This document shows positions 1 through 11,447 of a DNA stretch of 64,000 bases, piece by piece. Position 1 is the stretch's first letter; every line of letters begins with the position of its first letter. Origin of the DNA: Octopus sinensis. Taxonomy: Eukaryota. The stretch is from contig NC_043009.1 of NCBI RefSeq assembly GCF_006345805.1, positions 41,230,001-41,294,000 on the forward strand, written 5' to 3'. The position numbers and the translations under genes are program-made. A model generated the notes under the pieces. It did not search any database, was not told the origin of the DNA, and saw only the letters and a program-made list of their open reading frames with translations.

Positions 1-121
1 TGTGTGTGTGTTGAGTACTGTGCAAATATAATGTATAAACTTCTGTTCAATTTCTGTTGACTTTGTCATTTCCACATTTTTGGGATTATATTATATGATG
101 TAATGTGTGTTTATAAAAAAG

Positions 122-182
122 TTTATACACACACACACACATACACGCACACACAATATATTATATATATATATATATATAT

Positions 183-230
<48 letters not shown>

Positions 231-249
231 ATATATATATATATACCAT

Positions 250-287
<38 letters not shown>

Positions 288-424
288 AGCATACACACAC
301 ATGCATGTATACATATATATACATACATGTATATAAGCATACACACACTTACATGTATACATATATATAAGCATACACACACCTACATGTATACATATAT
401 ATAAGCATACACACACCTACATGT

Positions 425-471
<47 letters not shown>

Positions 472-560
472 TATACATGCATGTAAACATAGACACACAT
501 GCATGTATACATATACATACACACACACACACAGACATATATGTGTATGTTCAAGTGTGT
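122..560. repeat. Compound (TA)n/(CA)n microsatellite with short internal repeats
   Basis: Alternating TA/CA dinucleotide tracts; the ORFs over it are I/Y/H/T low-complexity artefacts. Confidence 0.95.
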
Positions 561-656
561 GTATATAAAAATGTTCATTACCATATGACATGAACACAAA
601 ATTAATTATATGATGAAGGCACCTGTTTGTATGCATGTATATATAGGTGCATGCAC

Positions 657-694
<38 letters not shown>

Positions 695-1101
695 TATTTC
701 CTGTTTGTTTAATTCTATTTTCTTTATTCGATTTTTGAGTTAACATAATTTTCAACAAAGAATTGCCAAAAGACCAAAAAAACAAAAAAAAAAACTGGAA
801 GAAAAATTAAAAAGGAAAGAAGAAAATCCACCCCTACCTAATCCAATTTTGATCGCTAGAAAAGAAGGGTTTGCTGATGATCAAGGCCCAAGATACAGAG
901 ATCTACTTGCCAATAATCCTGTTACATGGTTCATAATATTAGGAGGAAGGTAAAGAGGAAGAAACTTCGTAACGAAACAAGGCACAAGATAATGGGTCTA
1001 TAACAGATGGGTGTATACAGATGCAGGAAGGAGTAGAGATAGCTCTAATAATGCAAATGAGGAAATCAGTTAATAATGATTTTGAAAGTGAAAGTGAAAG
1101 T

Positions 1102-1138
<37 letters not shown>

Positions 1139-1476
1139 GAAAGAAAGACTAAGTGGATACAGAAAAAACCTTTCAACAATTAAGAACATTTGAAAAATAA
1201 CTAAATAAATCACACACACACACACACCACACACACACACATATATATATATATATCAATATGTAATTTTAAGTTCCAAGGATTTAAATGCAGGAAGTTA
1301 GTAAGCTTCAAGCTGTCCATAGTATGTTTTGGCAGAGTAGAAGATTGTAGGCTTTTCCCATATCAAAGTGGAGTACCAATCGTTGAGTAATTATTACTGC
1401 CAAGGTTCTGCTAGCTAGGAAACATATGGAATCTGGATTCTGTCTGTTCCATTCCTTCAATTTGGATTTACATATA

Positions 1477-2399
1477 TTGGGTCACCCCATTAATTATTGC
1501 AGTCTTTTTATATTTCTCTTATTTTTCAAAATTATTACAAACAAGGTTCTTGTTTTAATCTAAAATATTCTCTCCATTTTTTAAAATGCTCTTCCATCTT
1601 TCTGGTAGAATTGCATGGTCTCTCTTCTAAAATTCACTTGTCCATGATGAAAAATACTCCTCCAGTACTGTTCTGACCTCGACTACAGAATTCATATGTT
1701 GTCTGTCCTAATGATTTTGAAGACTGCAGAATAAATGATAATCAGATGGAGCAATGTCTGGTGAATATAGTGGGTGGGGCAACATTTCCCATTCAAACTG
1801 CTACAGCTTTGGAAAGGCATCCTTGCTGTATGTGGCCAAGCATCATCCTGATGGAAGAACATTGTTTATCTTGAAACCAAAGATGGTGGTTTATCTTCTA
1901 GTGCTGACTTGAATAACTGGTTGAATGACCAAATCCAAGTTTCTCTGTTAGTTCTTGAACAGTTACGATGGGATTTTGTTCCAACAGGGTTTACAGGATG
2001 TCCTATTTGAGCCCTACAGATCTTCCTGAACGAGACTCATCTTCTAAGCTGTAGCTTCCAGCTCGAAATTTTTGGAACCACCGTTGACACTGACTTACGC
2101 TTATTGTCTGATCCCCATATACTGCATTAATATTCCCCACACTTTCCATTGCGTTGTTGTCTTTATCAAATTCATAAAGCAAAATATGCCAAATATACTC
2201 CTTTGTCACTTCCATTATAGGTTTGAAAAAAATAACTCTTAAAATCGAACTGCACTCTTTGAAACTTGCACTACCAATAAGGACAAGGTAAAATTACTAC
2301 CTGCTTTTATAGCAAGTTGATGCAGGTAGTTTATCCTGTCCACCTCCGACTTTTACTTCATGCAATTAGAAAAACCATATTATTTATGGGATGACCCAA
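1477..2399 (-). mobile_element. Internally deleted mariner (DD34D-type) DNA transposon with both TIRs
   Basis: TIRs TTGGGTCACCCCATTAAT (1477) and, reverse-complemented, TTGGGTCATCCCATAAAT (ending 2399), each flanked by TA. The minus strand encodes a Mos1-like HTH N-terminus (ORF 2003-2215, ..QCQRWFQKFRAG..LEDESRSGR). The C-terminal remnant reads FFHQDDAWPH..LPHPLYSPDIAPSDYHLF with stops, and the middle of the transposase is missing. Confidence 0.92.
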
Positions 2400-2695
2400 T
2401 ATATCATAATCATCATTTAGCATTCATTTAGCATCCATCTTGATCACTTGGAATCACCTCCATGAGACTCAACATCCAAAGGTCATGCTTCACTACCTTA
2501 TCCCATGTCTCCCCTGGTCTACCTCTTCCACAGGTTCCCTCCACAGTTAAGAGACTGGCACTTCTTTACACAGCTGTACTTGTCCATATGCGACATATAT
2601 ATATGTGGCTGTATGCTAAGAAGCTTGCTTCCCAATGACATGGTCTTTGTGCTTGCATCTGTCCCTTGCCACCACTTGAGAACCAGTGTTAGTTT

Positions 2696-2913
2696 ACATT
2701 ATTTACATTTAACGGATATTTATCCTCATCTAGTTTGTTAACACAACGTTTCGGCTGATATACCCTCCAGCTTTCATCAGGTATCTTGGGGAAATTTTGA
2801 ACCTGGGTTCTCATTCCTAAGGTATTTTTATTATTATTCAAGTCACCGCCTGGAATCAAACTTGGAATCTTGGGGTTAGTAGCCTGCACTCTTAACCACT
2901 ACGCCATATGCCC
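2696..2913 (-). mobile_element. tRNA-derived SINE-like element carrying a hammerhead-ribozyme motif (left copy of an inverted dimer)
   Basis: Minus strand starts GGGCATA-TGGCGTAGTGG (Pol III A box) ... GTTTGATTC (B box, one mismatch), then short (AAT)n, then CCTGATGAAAGCTGGAGGGTATATCAGCCGAAACGTTGTGTT. Confidence 0.8.
2740..2785 (-). ncRNA. Minimal type I hammerhead ribozyme motif (Penelope-like), G10.1 position appears mutated
   Basis: Stem I GAUAC/GUGUU; core CUGAUGA plus extra A; stem II (A)GCUGG/UCAGC(C) with an A-C mismatch at the base; GAAA; palindromic ACGU; GUU cleavage triplet (predicted cut between 2745 and 2744). Confidence 0.7.
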
Positions 2914-2928
2914 GTAGGCAATTATGGA

Positions 2929-2999
2929 GTGAATATGGCATAGTGGTTAAGAGCACAGGCTACTAACCCCAAGATTCCAAGTTCAATTCCAGGCAGTGA

Positions 3000-3058
<59 letters not shown>

Positions 3059-3221
3059 TTGAAAAATACATTAGGAATGAGAAACCAGGTTCGAAATTTC
3101 TCCAAGGCACCTGGAAGGTATATCAGCCAAAATGTGTTAAGAAACAAGATGAGGGCAAATATACGTCAAATGTAAATAATGCAAAATAATGTACATAATT
3201 CCTCATCTCTTAAATATAGAA
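2929..3221 (+). mobile_element. Second copy of the same tRNA-headed hammerhead SINE, ribozyme core deleted
   Basis: A box TGGCATAGTGG, B box GTTCAATTC, long (AAT)n 3005-3058, then the same body. The 10-nt core segment GATGAAGGCT is missing and CCGAAACG has become CCAAAATG. Confidence 0.8.
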
Positions 3222-3289
3222 CAGTGTTAGTTTGTTTACATTCCGCTGTAACTTGTTTACATTCTCTTGTTCGGCAAAAGATAGCCATA

Positions 3290-3455
3290 AAATAAGTACC
3301 AAGTTCAAAATATGCTATTGAGGTCGACTTTGCCTTTCATTCTTTCAAGGTCAATAGAAAAAGTACCAGTTGAATACTGGGGTTAATGTAATCAAGCAGC
3401 CCCCTCTCCCCAACCAAAAGAGAAAAAAAAAACATTTCAGGCCTTGTACTCATAG
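3290..3455 (+). mobile_element. SINE fragment, family with GCCTTTCATCCTTT..GGTCGATAAAATAAGTACCAG core (Meta/MESC-like)
   Basis: Same core as younger copies at 22735-22975 and 56300-56522. Further copies at about 4820-4985(-), 11450-11640(+), 12060-12350(+), 12360-12553(-), 21710-21910(+), 52960-53150(+). Confidence 0.75.
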
Positions 3456-5021
3456 TAGAAAGGATATTTAACCAATTGACTAACAATAGGGTAAAGAGTA
3501 AAAGATCCCCTTCGGGCATGAATGGCCATGGGATTGCACCTAGAAAGATCCCCTCCAAGGCACAAGTCCAGGCAAGGCTACTCATGGAAGACCAGAAGAC
3601 TAGCTGTCACTCATGCATACCAGCTTCTCCTCTCCATGCCACTAATGTTATCCAAGGGAAAGGTAAAGGCTGATACAGCTTGGCACCAGTGACGTCACAA
3701 CACACAATTAAGCGTCTTGCTCAAGAACACAACATACGGGCTGTTTTGGGAATCTAACTCATTACCTCATGATTGTGAGCTCAATACTCAAACCACTGAG
3801 CCATGTGCCTTCACTAACAATAAAGATGTGATACTGAACCAGTGTCTGTTATCATTGTTGGTGTAATGACCCTCCCAAGACAAGATATATATGTGTGTGT
3901 GAGTGTGTGTATGTATGTATGTATGTGTGTATATATATATATATCCACACACACCATATATACACACATTATAGCTATTTAATTACATGTACACATGGGA
4001 ACAATCCTATAAATATATCAGATACATACACATACACATACACACACACACATACAGCCACATAAATATGAACGCATACATGAATTCTACATTCATGTTT
4101 CGGCTGAGAAGAGTTACTCTATACTCTACCAGTACCAAAATCAAAAATAACATTAAATATAAAATAAAAACAGCAAAAAAAAAAAAAAAAACAGAGAGGA
4201 AGAAAGGACTACTGTATCTAAACAGTCTCTAACACAATATTCTGGAACATTCTTTAAACAATACAAGTCTCATATTACTGGAACAACTCAAACTACCATA
4301 GTAAAGATTGCTTGTATACACAATCTCAAATATTTTCTATTTTTTCTTTAAAAGAATTTTTATTATCTGCCCATCCCACCTGCCAGTTTTTTCCCTGCCC
4401 TCTTTGTCCTTTCAGTTACTTTGTTGCATTTTTTGTTTTTGTTTTTGTTTTCCTTTATAGAACAGAATGTTCAGTGTGACAATCAAAACAAGAGAAGAGG
4501 AGAAATGAAATCCACTAAGCTACTCTCCATAAGGATTGTGTGCGAGTGTATGCATATATGTACATACAAGTATATATATATAATGCCTTGTCTAACACAT
4601 GTCCAAGTCTCCAGGAGAATACCTCCGAGACTTATGGTATGGTAAAGATTGGTGAAGGAGGGGCAGTATCTATGTCACTTGCCCTCTGCTCTGGACCAGG
4701 GTTTAGAAAATAAATCGTTCTCATAAACAGTGTCCTTGATGGGCAAAAATATATAAGAGAACAATAAAGCAGGCAAAATAATAATAATCCTTTCTACTAT
4801 AGGCACATGGCCTGAAATTTGAGAGGAGGGGACTAGTTGATCACATCGCCCCCAGTGATTCACTGGTACTTAATTTATTGGCCCTGAAAGGATGAAAGGC
4901 AAAGGCAACCTTGGTGAAATTTGAACTCAGAACATAGTGGCATTTTACCTGGTATGCCAATGATTCTGCCAACTTGTCGCCTTAATAATAATAATGATAA
5001 TAATAATGATAATCATAATAA

Positions 5022-5379
5022 TAACAAAAGCACTCAGAGAGCACAAACCTCTGCCAAGGCAACACCAACGTACTCTCAATGATGATTTTTGAAATGAGAA
5101 TATCTGAAATAAACTCGACTGCACTCACAAACAAGAATACTAAAAATGAATCCAACAGCTAAGTAAAAAAAAAAAAGGAAAAATAATCCAGAATCCTTGT
5201 CCGGTAACGGATCGATCCCAAAATTTAATCAGTTCATACTAGCCATGAGGCCAAACATCCCTGAAAGTTTTATATGAATCCATTCACCAGTTCTTGAGAT
5301 ATCTTGTCCAATGACAAAGAAAGAAACAAACAAACAAGACTGAAAACAATACCTCCACCATTGCTAAGGCAGAGGTAAT
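5022..5379 (+). mobile_element. Non-autonomous Helentron-type (DINE-1/HINE-like) element
   Basis: 5' subterminal CCTCTGCCAAGGC, internal (ACAA)n, 3' stem-loop ACCTCCACC..AAGGCAGAGGT. A second copy is at 25475-25830. Confidence 0.65.
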
Positions 5380-6474
5380 GATGATGATTTCTTTTATTAG
5401 CTACAAGGGCACAAGACATGGAAGACAACCTTAAAGGACAAGATACAACACTCAAAAACAGGTGGGGTTTACATCGATCAGAGGGAGACACTACAATAAA
5501 TATTAAAGGATATAACAAACGATATATAAATGGAAGTTAGAGAAATAAATAATTAATAAATAAACAGAATCTCTAAGAGCTGGGCAGTTCACTTAGGGTA
5601 ATTTGGTTAACCCTTACACTGAAGACCCAGGTTACTCTGCCATCCCTAAGGTATGGGAAGTGCCCCCTCCCAGTTTTTTTCCTCCTGCTTCAAAATGTCT
5701 CACCATTGTTGCCATTCTTGTTCACCTACTGTTAAATGCACTAGATGGCAGCACCTTCACCTTCAAATGATATTTTAAGAAATTGAAGAGAGCTTGACCA
5801 CATAGGAAAGTATTTATCTTCAAACCTTTCGAACAGGTCCACCACACAGCCTCTTTTGTCACAGTCACTAAGCAGAGAAAGATCTGCCTTTCCTCTCTGC
5901 TAAAGGAATGTGGTGCATTGATTTTTACTATATGCTATCTGTCCTCATTACTGAACACTCATACGTGTTTTCAATGAGAAACTTGTGTACGTGTGTGTAT
6001 GTATATTGAGGGGAAAAAAGAAAATAGAGAAATAATTGATGTATAAATAATTTATTTGAATGTTATAAAATGATGAAAATTTGTTTTAAAAAACATAACA
6101 GTACAAATAAATTGATTATAAGCTGTAAAGCTCAAAATATAAAATAAAGGAACCTACATATATGTTTCAGTCCTATCACCTATTTGATCAGAAAGTCTGT
6201 CTTTTCTAATCAATATCAAGGATTTTGTTGTCCAAGAACCATGGACAACAAGGTGAGGAGTAAACAGAGTACTACTCAAAGCAGCCACATCCAGAACAGA
6301 TCTGGTAGCTTATTGAACAGGTGTGGCCTCTATTTTTCTCCTTTCATACATTCACAAAATGCTGCCTTGTAAACAGGTAGATACTGACCAAAGAGTGTGT
6401 CACATCTCTACAAGTAAAATTTGAAGGGATTGGACTAATATAGTAATTAGAGTATCATCATAATCATCATCAAT

Positions 6475-6725
6475 TAACATCCATCTTCCATGCTGGCATA
6501 GGCTGGGCAGTTTGATAGGCGCTGACAAGCCAGAAAACTGCAGGCTCTGTTGTTTCATTTGGCATGGTTTCTATGGCTGGATACCCTTCCTAACAACAAC
6601 CACTTTACAGAATATACTGGGTGCTTTATACATAACACTAGCATCAACAGTCACCAAATAATTTGGAAGACAAAGATCCCTCGGCTAGGAGAGGAAACAG
6701 TACTGAGCAAGGTGTTTTGGTGCCG
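6475..6725 (-). mobile_element. RTE-X 3'-tail element (truncated LINE end or partner SINE) with (GAT)n tail
   Basis: CATCATC..TTAACATCC..TTCCATGCTGGCAT..GGATACCCTTCCTAAC motif shared with the 3' UTR of the RTE-X LINE at 58431-59742. Further copies at about 11770-11990(+), 20980-21240(-), 21325-21530(-), 23100-23205(+), 33430-33665(+), 39085-39445(-), 43780-43940(-), 51720-51830(-), 56647-56790(-). Confidence 0.8.
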
Positions 6726-7877
6726 GCAAAGAAAATGAAAAAGTATCAACAACCAACACTAGAGACAGATAGAAAGAGAGAAAGACTGAGATGCAAAAAT
6801 GATGACGGGGAAAGCCTAATAGAAACAGATGGTCGCATTATCATGGTTAAGTTATGGATTATCATGGTGACATGTTGACAACATTTTAATCATCCATTTG
6901 TGATAATAGAACATTAATCAGATAAACATGTAGTGTTTCAATCACTAACCATTTGTTCAGGCCCAATCTATGTGACGAAAAACATTTTCATTTTATTTTA
7001 CCTAATTTTATTTCACTTCTTAGAGTTATCAACTTCTTATCATATTTTCTAAGTTTCTAATTTTAATTTCCTAATTTTTAAGCTGCTAACATTTTTTTTA
7101 AACAATAATTGTATTACTAATTACAATTCCACGCTAATTATAACCAAATTTAGAGTATTGATTTTTCTTCTTTTTAGGCATTTACACTTCACATAAAGAA
7201 GGTGCTATACCTTCTTTCAAAAGTCGAAGACTGATCTCATGAGGAGGTGCCAAAAGATTGAAATGATCCATGACACAATGTTAGCGCTTTAGCGTTTAAA
7301 CTGGCCATGTTCAGCCCAAAATGTTCTACCAGTTTCATGTTAAACACGTAACTGACAATGTCATTCAAATCGTAAACAATCCTATCACTGAAGTCTCAAA
7401 GTTACAAGAGAATGCATTTAACATGAATGAGTAAGTAATATATTTGATGTAGGAATCTGGATGCTAATGGGTCAAAAAACAAACATAAGGTAGGAAACAT
7501 TAAAACAATGACAGCAATGGTGGCAGAGACACAAAATATATCCCTATAAAACCTCCCTCTATCCACTTTGTTTTTTTTATCGTAATTTTTTTTTTTGAAC
7601 CCTGGGACTCATAAGACCAGTTGCCCAGCTTCTTATTTCTTTATTGCCCACAAGGGGCTAAACATAGAGGGGAGAAGCAAGGACAGACAAAGGGATTAAG
7701 TCGATTACATCAACCCCAGTGCATATAGATATATACATATACACATATACGTATAGAGAGAGGGAAAAAAACTATCTCGCTTGGCAACAGGTGGGGGTTG
7801 GCGTCAGGAAGGGCAACTGGCTGTAGAAAGCTTGCCACACATTTAGCGCTGCGCATATGTACATACATTTTTTGTAG

Positions 7878-8020
7878 GCGTGGGCATGGCTGTGTGGTTA
7901 GGAAGCTTGCTTCCTATCTACATGGTTTCGGGTTCAGTTCCACCGCGTGACACTTTGGGTAAGTGTCTTCTGTTATAGCCTCGAAGCTTTGTGAATTCAA
8001 TTTTGTAGGCGGAAGTTACT
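7878..8020 (+). mobile_element. tRNA-derived CORE-type SINE (Octopus OR-like), head and core
   Basis: GGCTGTGTGGTTAGGAAG (A box-like) ... GGGTTCAGTTCC (B box-like) ... CACTTTGGGTAAGTGTCTTC (CORE-like). Partial copies at about 2606-2685, 9170-9290, 17860-17930, 21545-21690(-), 25912-26070(-), 34880-35020(-), 50045-50140, 51465-51620. Confidence 0.8.
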
Positions 8021-8113
8021 GCCATGTGTGTATATGTGTGTGTGTGTACATGCTTGTGCCTCTCTGAGAGAGAGCGAGAGAGAGGGATATACACACACAC
8101 ACATATATATATA

Positions 8114-9000
8114 CAGGGAGCAATGTGTAAAATGTCACTATTTAATATTTTTAATCTTGCGCATGTGCATCGTTTGTTTTTCATTTAGTCAACTACACAG
8201 TATTGTAGGGTCAGTTGGGCACCATCTGTGAGAAAAACACTACCATGACGCAATTCACTCTACCAGAAATTTGGAAATGACATACTGTACTGCTTGGCAT
8301 TCACGCTGGAAGATCCAATACAAACAGATGGTGAACACACAGAACAACCATGGGCTTACCATGTCCCCAAAACATGTACTGAGAGTGATAAAAATTAAAC
8401 ATTCAGTCAACATCATGGTATTTGGAATGATCACTAATGATAGCAACGTTATGCCTCCATTCATCTTCCCACACTGCCTCACACTCAACATAGAGGCTAC
8501 ATCAAGTACATGGAGGAGGTAGCGCTACCCTGAGTCAAGAGGGTGGTTGCTGAAAGACATTGTTTAGCATCAGGAACTTTGCACCATGCCACACAAGCAG
8601 GGGAACCCAGTCATGGCTGTCAGACAATTTCTGCAACCACATCACCCGTAACATCTGGCCACATAACACCCCAGACTGCAACCCTCTTGATTATCATGTG
8701 TGGGGCTCAGTTGAGCGAGAGACCAACAAAACTCCTTTTAATACCAAAGATGAACTGAAGGCAAGGATTATGGCAGCATTCATCAACTTAAGCAAGGAGA
8801 CCATCCAGAAGAGTTGCAGAATATTCCAAAGACGTCTGGAGGCTGCGGTTGAAGCCATTGGTGATTTTATTGAATAAATTTACTCTTTAGTATTTCAAGA
8901 TATTTTTATGTAATTTTGGTAAATATATCTGTTAAAATGAGATGTCAGTGTTATTTTAATTTTTGTGTAATTTAGATGACAATATATTCACTGCACCCTG
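8114..9000 (+). mobile_element. Internally deleted Tc1/mariner-superfamily transposon (maT/DD37D-like)
   Basis: Imperfect TIRs CAGGGAGCAATG.. and ..CACTGCACCCTG with TA flanks. Decayed transposase C-terminus in ORF 8560-8877 (APCHTS..WPHNTPDCNPLDYHVWG..RRLEAAVEAIGDFIE). Confidence 0.88.
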
Positions 9001-9010
9001 TATATATATA

Positions 9011-9141
9011 CAGGGTGTCCCAAAAAAATGTATACACACCTTAAATAATTGTAAATTTGTTATTCTTTGTAAGCCTAGTACTTATTCTATCGTTCTCTTT
9101 TGCCGAACCACTATGTGTATACATTTTTTTGGGACACCCTG
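9011..9141. mobile_element. 131-bp Tc1-type MITE with perfect 28-bp TIRs and SINE-derived filler
   Basis: CAGGGTGTCCCAAAAAAATGTATACACA at both ends in inverted orientation, TA flanks. Interior 9060-9112 matches the SINE tail at 32733-32785. Confidence 0.85.
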
Positions 9142-10537
9142 TATATATGAATGTCTTTGCAGATAAGTGTTCACTTCACAATCACATGGTCTGAGGTTCA
9201 GTCTCACTGTACAGCACCATAGGCAAGTATCTTTTATTATAACCCCATGCTAACAAAAGCCTTGAGTGGATTTCGAAGATAGAAACATTCTCTGTGTGTG
9301 TATGTGTGTGTGTGTGTGGGTGGGTGGGCGTGCATGCATGTATGCATGCGTGTATGAGAGTACATGTCTGTGTGTGCAAGTGCATGTTAGTCTGTTTGTT
9401 TACACCTGTTACTTGTTTATTCATAAGTCACATTTGTGTAGTGATTTGTTGGATTTCTTCTATCAATTGATAGCTAGTTTGCTTTGTCCTTTTTAAGGCA
9501 TGTGGAATAAAGTGGACTATGCACTAAATAGTTAAAACACTTGTAAAGTCTTTCGAGAAAATAGTTGACTTGAACCTCGTGTATCCAGATAACATGTAAG
9601 TGTTATATTATAATATATTTTATATTATCTTTTAAACACTAATATATTTAGCTTCAATCGTAGCAAAGTTTTTAATAATAATTGTTAATTATAGGTATTC
9701 TTTTATGAGTTTCTAATTTAATAGGGATATTTTAGTACAATCTATTAAATTACTTGTGTAAGTTTAACATTAAAGCATGTAAGGATAACGAATATTTAAT
9801 ACGTATGGAGTGTTTTAATTATCTTTTGGGCTATGAAACAGTGTAATTCATTAGAATTTGTTATATTATTAGTTAAGTTCAATCATATTTGCCTTGTCTT
9901 GGAAAGAATAGAATATAAAAACCTTTCACTTTTATATTAATAACTATGCAAGACTGGTGGGAATATCCGTTTGAACTTCAAGGCCTAGGTTGCTATTTAG
10001 TTCAATAATTTAGGAGTTAGTTACAGGTTTACTTATAGAATTAATTTATGGATACTGATTTTGTACATAGGGTAATGTGGTTTCTTTGTTGAAGTTTAAT
10101 TAATAATGTTAGTGTTTAATCCTTCTTAGAATTAAGATTGAATTAATGTGATGATATCTAAGGTATGCTTGTACCCAAACAACACTTACTTTAGTGCTGT
10201 TGACACTGCTGGATTGAATGGTACTGCCCAGGTGCCGAAACCATAGTGATATCAGTGGGGCAGCTGATGATGGAAGTGTGTTGGAGAAACACTGATTTAA
10301 CCTAAATTTGAGACACCAGCAAAAGAAGAAATAAAGATAGACTTTTTTTCTGTTCCAAAGAAAATTGCATTCTCACCTGGAAACGAATTTTGTAATTTTT
10401 TCAAGACTTATACAAGCCCTGATACCATCGGTATCTACATATCAAATTTGAGCACAATCAAATGGAGGATGCCCGAGATCCTAGAAGCCACACACAGACA
10501 GACAGAACGGATTTTATATTATATATATATATATATA

Positions 10538-10793
10538 ATTACATTATATAAAAGGGCTTAGTAAAATAAATTACTTTGCCACATACTGAACTCATTAGAA
10601 ATAGCAGCTAAAAAAATTTTTAAAACTATTTCTAATACTTAAAGAAAATCTCTCTCATATAGTGTTTGCTGTATGAGAGAGATTTTCTTTAAGTATTAGA
10701 AATAGTTTAAAAAATTTTTTTAGCTGCTATTTCTAATGAGTTCAGTATGTGGCAAAGTAATTTATTTTACTAAGCCCTTTTATATAATGTAAT
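10538..10793. repeat. Near-perfect 256-bp palindrome (125-bp arms, 6-nt loop); fold-back MITE-like
   Basis: 10538-10662 is the reverse complement of 10669-10793 with two mismatches that I could find, one of them a G-U wobble. Confidence 0.92.
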
Positions 10794-10881
10794 AATTTGA
10801 ATTCGCCTTAAATGGTCCCTTTACATACTGAATACTTGGTGAAATTGATTAATAATTAATTAATTTTACCCTCAATTGTTG

Positions 10882-10929
<48 letters not shown>

Positions 10930-11403
10930 TATATATATATTGGTTATTTATGTATATATACATGTATATATTATATATATTCCAACTTTGATTTCCATCA
11001 TTTGGGGGTACTACAATATAGTACCCCACTCCCATAACCGCTACTGGCCTTCTACTTGAATCAGAAAACAATTGCTATGATTATTATTAAGGAGGAGAAT
11101 GTGGAGAGGGTGACCATGGTATTGTGGTTTCTCCACGGGCATCCCTAGGAATGCCCTATTTTGGGAAATTATTCATTACAGTTTTATATTGTTACACTTA
11201 TTTTACATTTTACATGCCTTTTTTGTAACCCCATATTGTATTGTCCTGTATCTTCTGCAATGTCTTTTGTGAACCCTTAGTGGTTAATAAAGAAAACACT
11301 ATTATTGTTATTATTATAGATATTATCATTATTAGGGTTGTTATATCACTATTATTATTGTTATTATTATTATTATTATTCGGCCCTTGTGGCCTATAAA
11401 GAA

Positions 11404-11447
<44 letters not shown>

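Noticed and set aside
2840-3000. tRNA genes (also SINE heads at 32260-32331 and elsewhere)
   Set aside because: A and B boxes are present, but no acceptor stem closes and each is fused to a repeat body, so these are SINE heads.
10235-10305. CTGATGA ... GAAAC hammerhead-like words
   Set aside because: The sequence between the core words does not form stem II, and neither type I nor type III stem I can be built.
9480-10320. Mitochondrial insertion (NUMT)
   Set aside because: No open frame under the invertebrate mitochondrial code and no rRNA or tRNA motif that I recognise.
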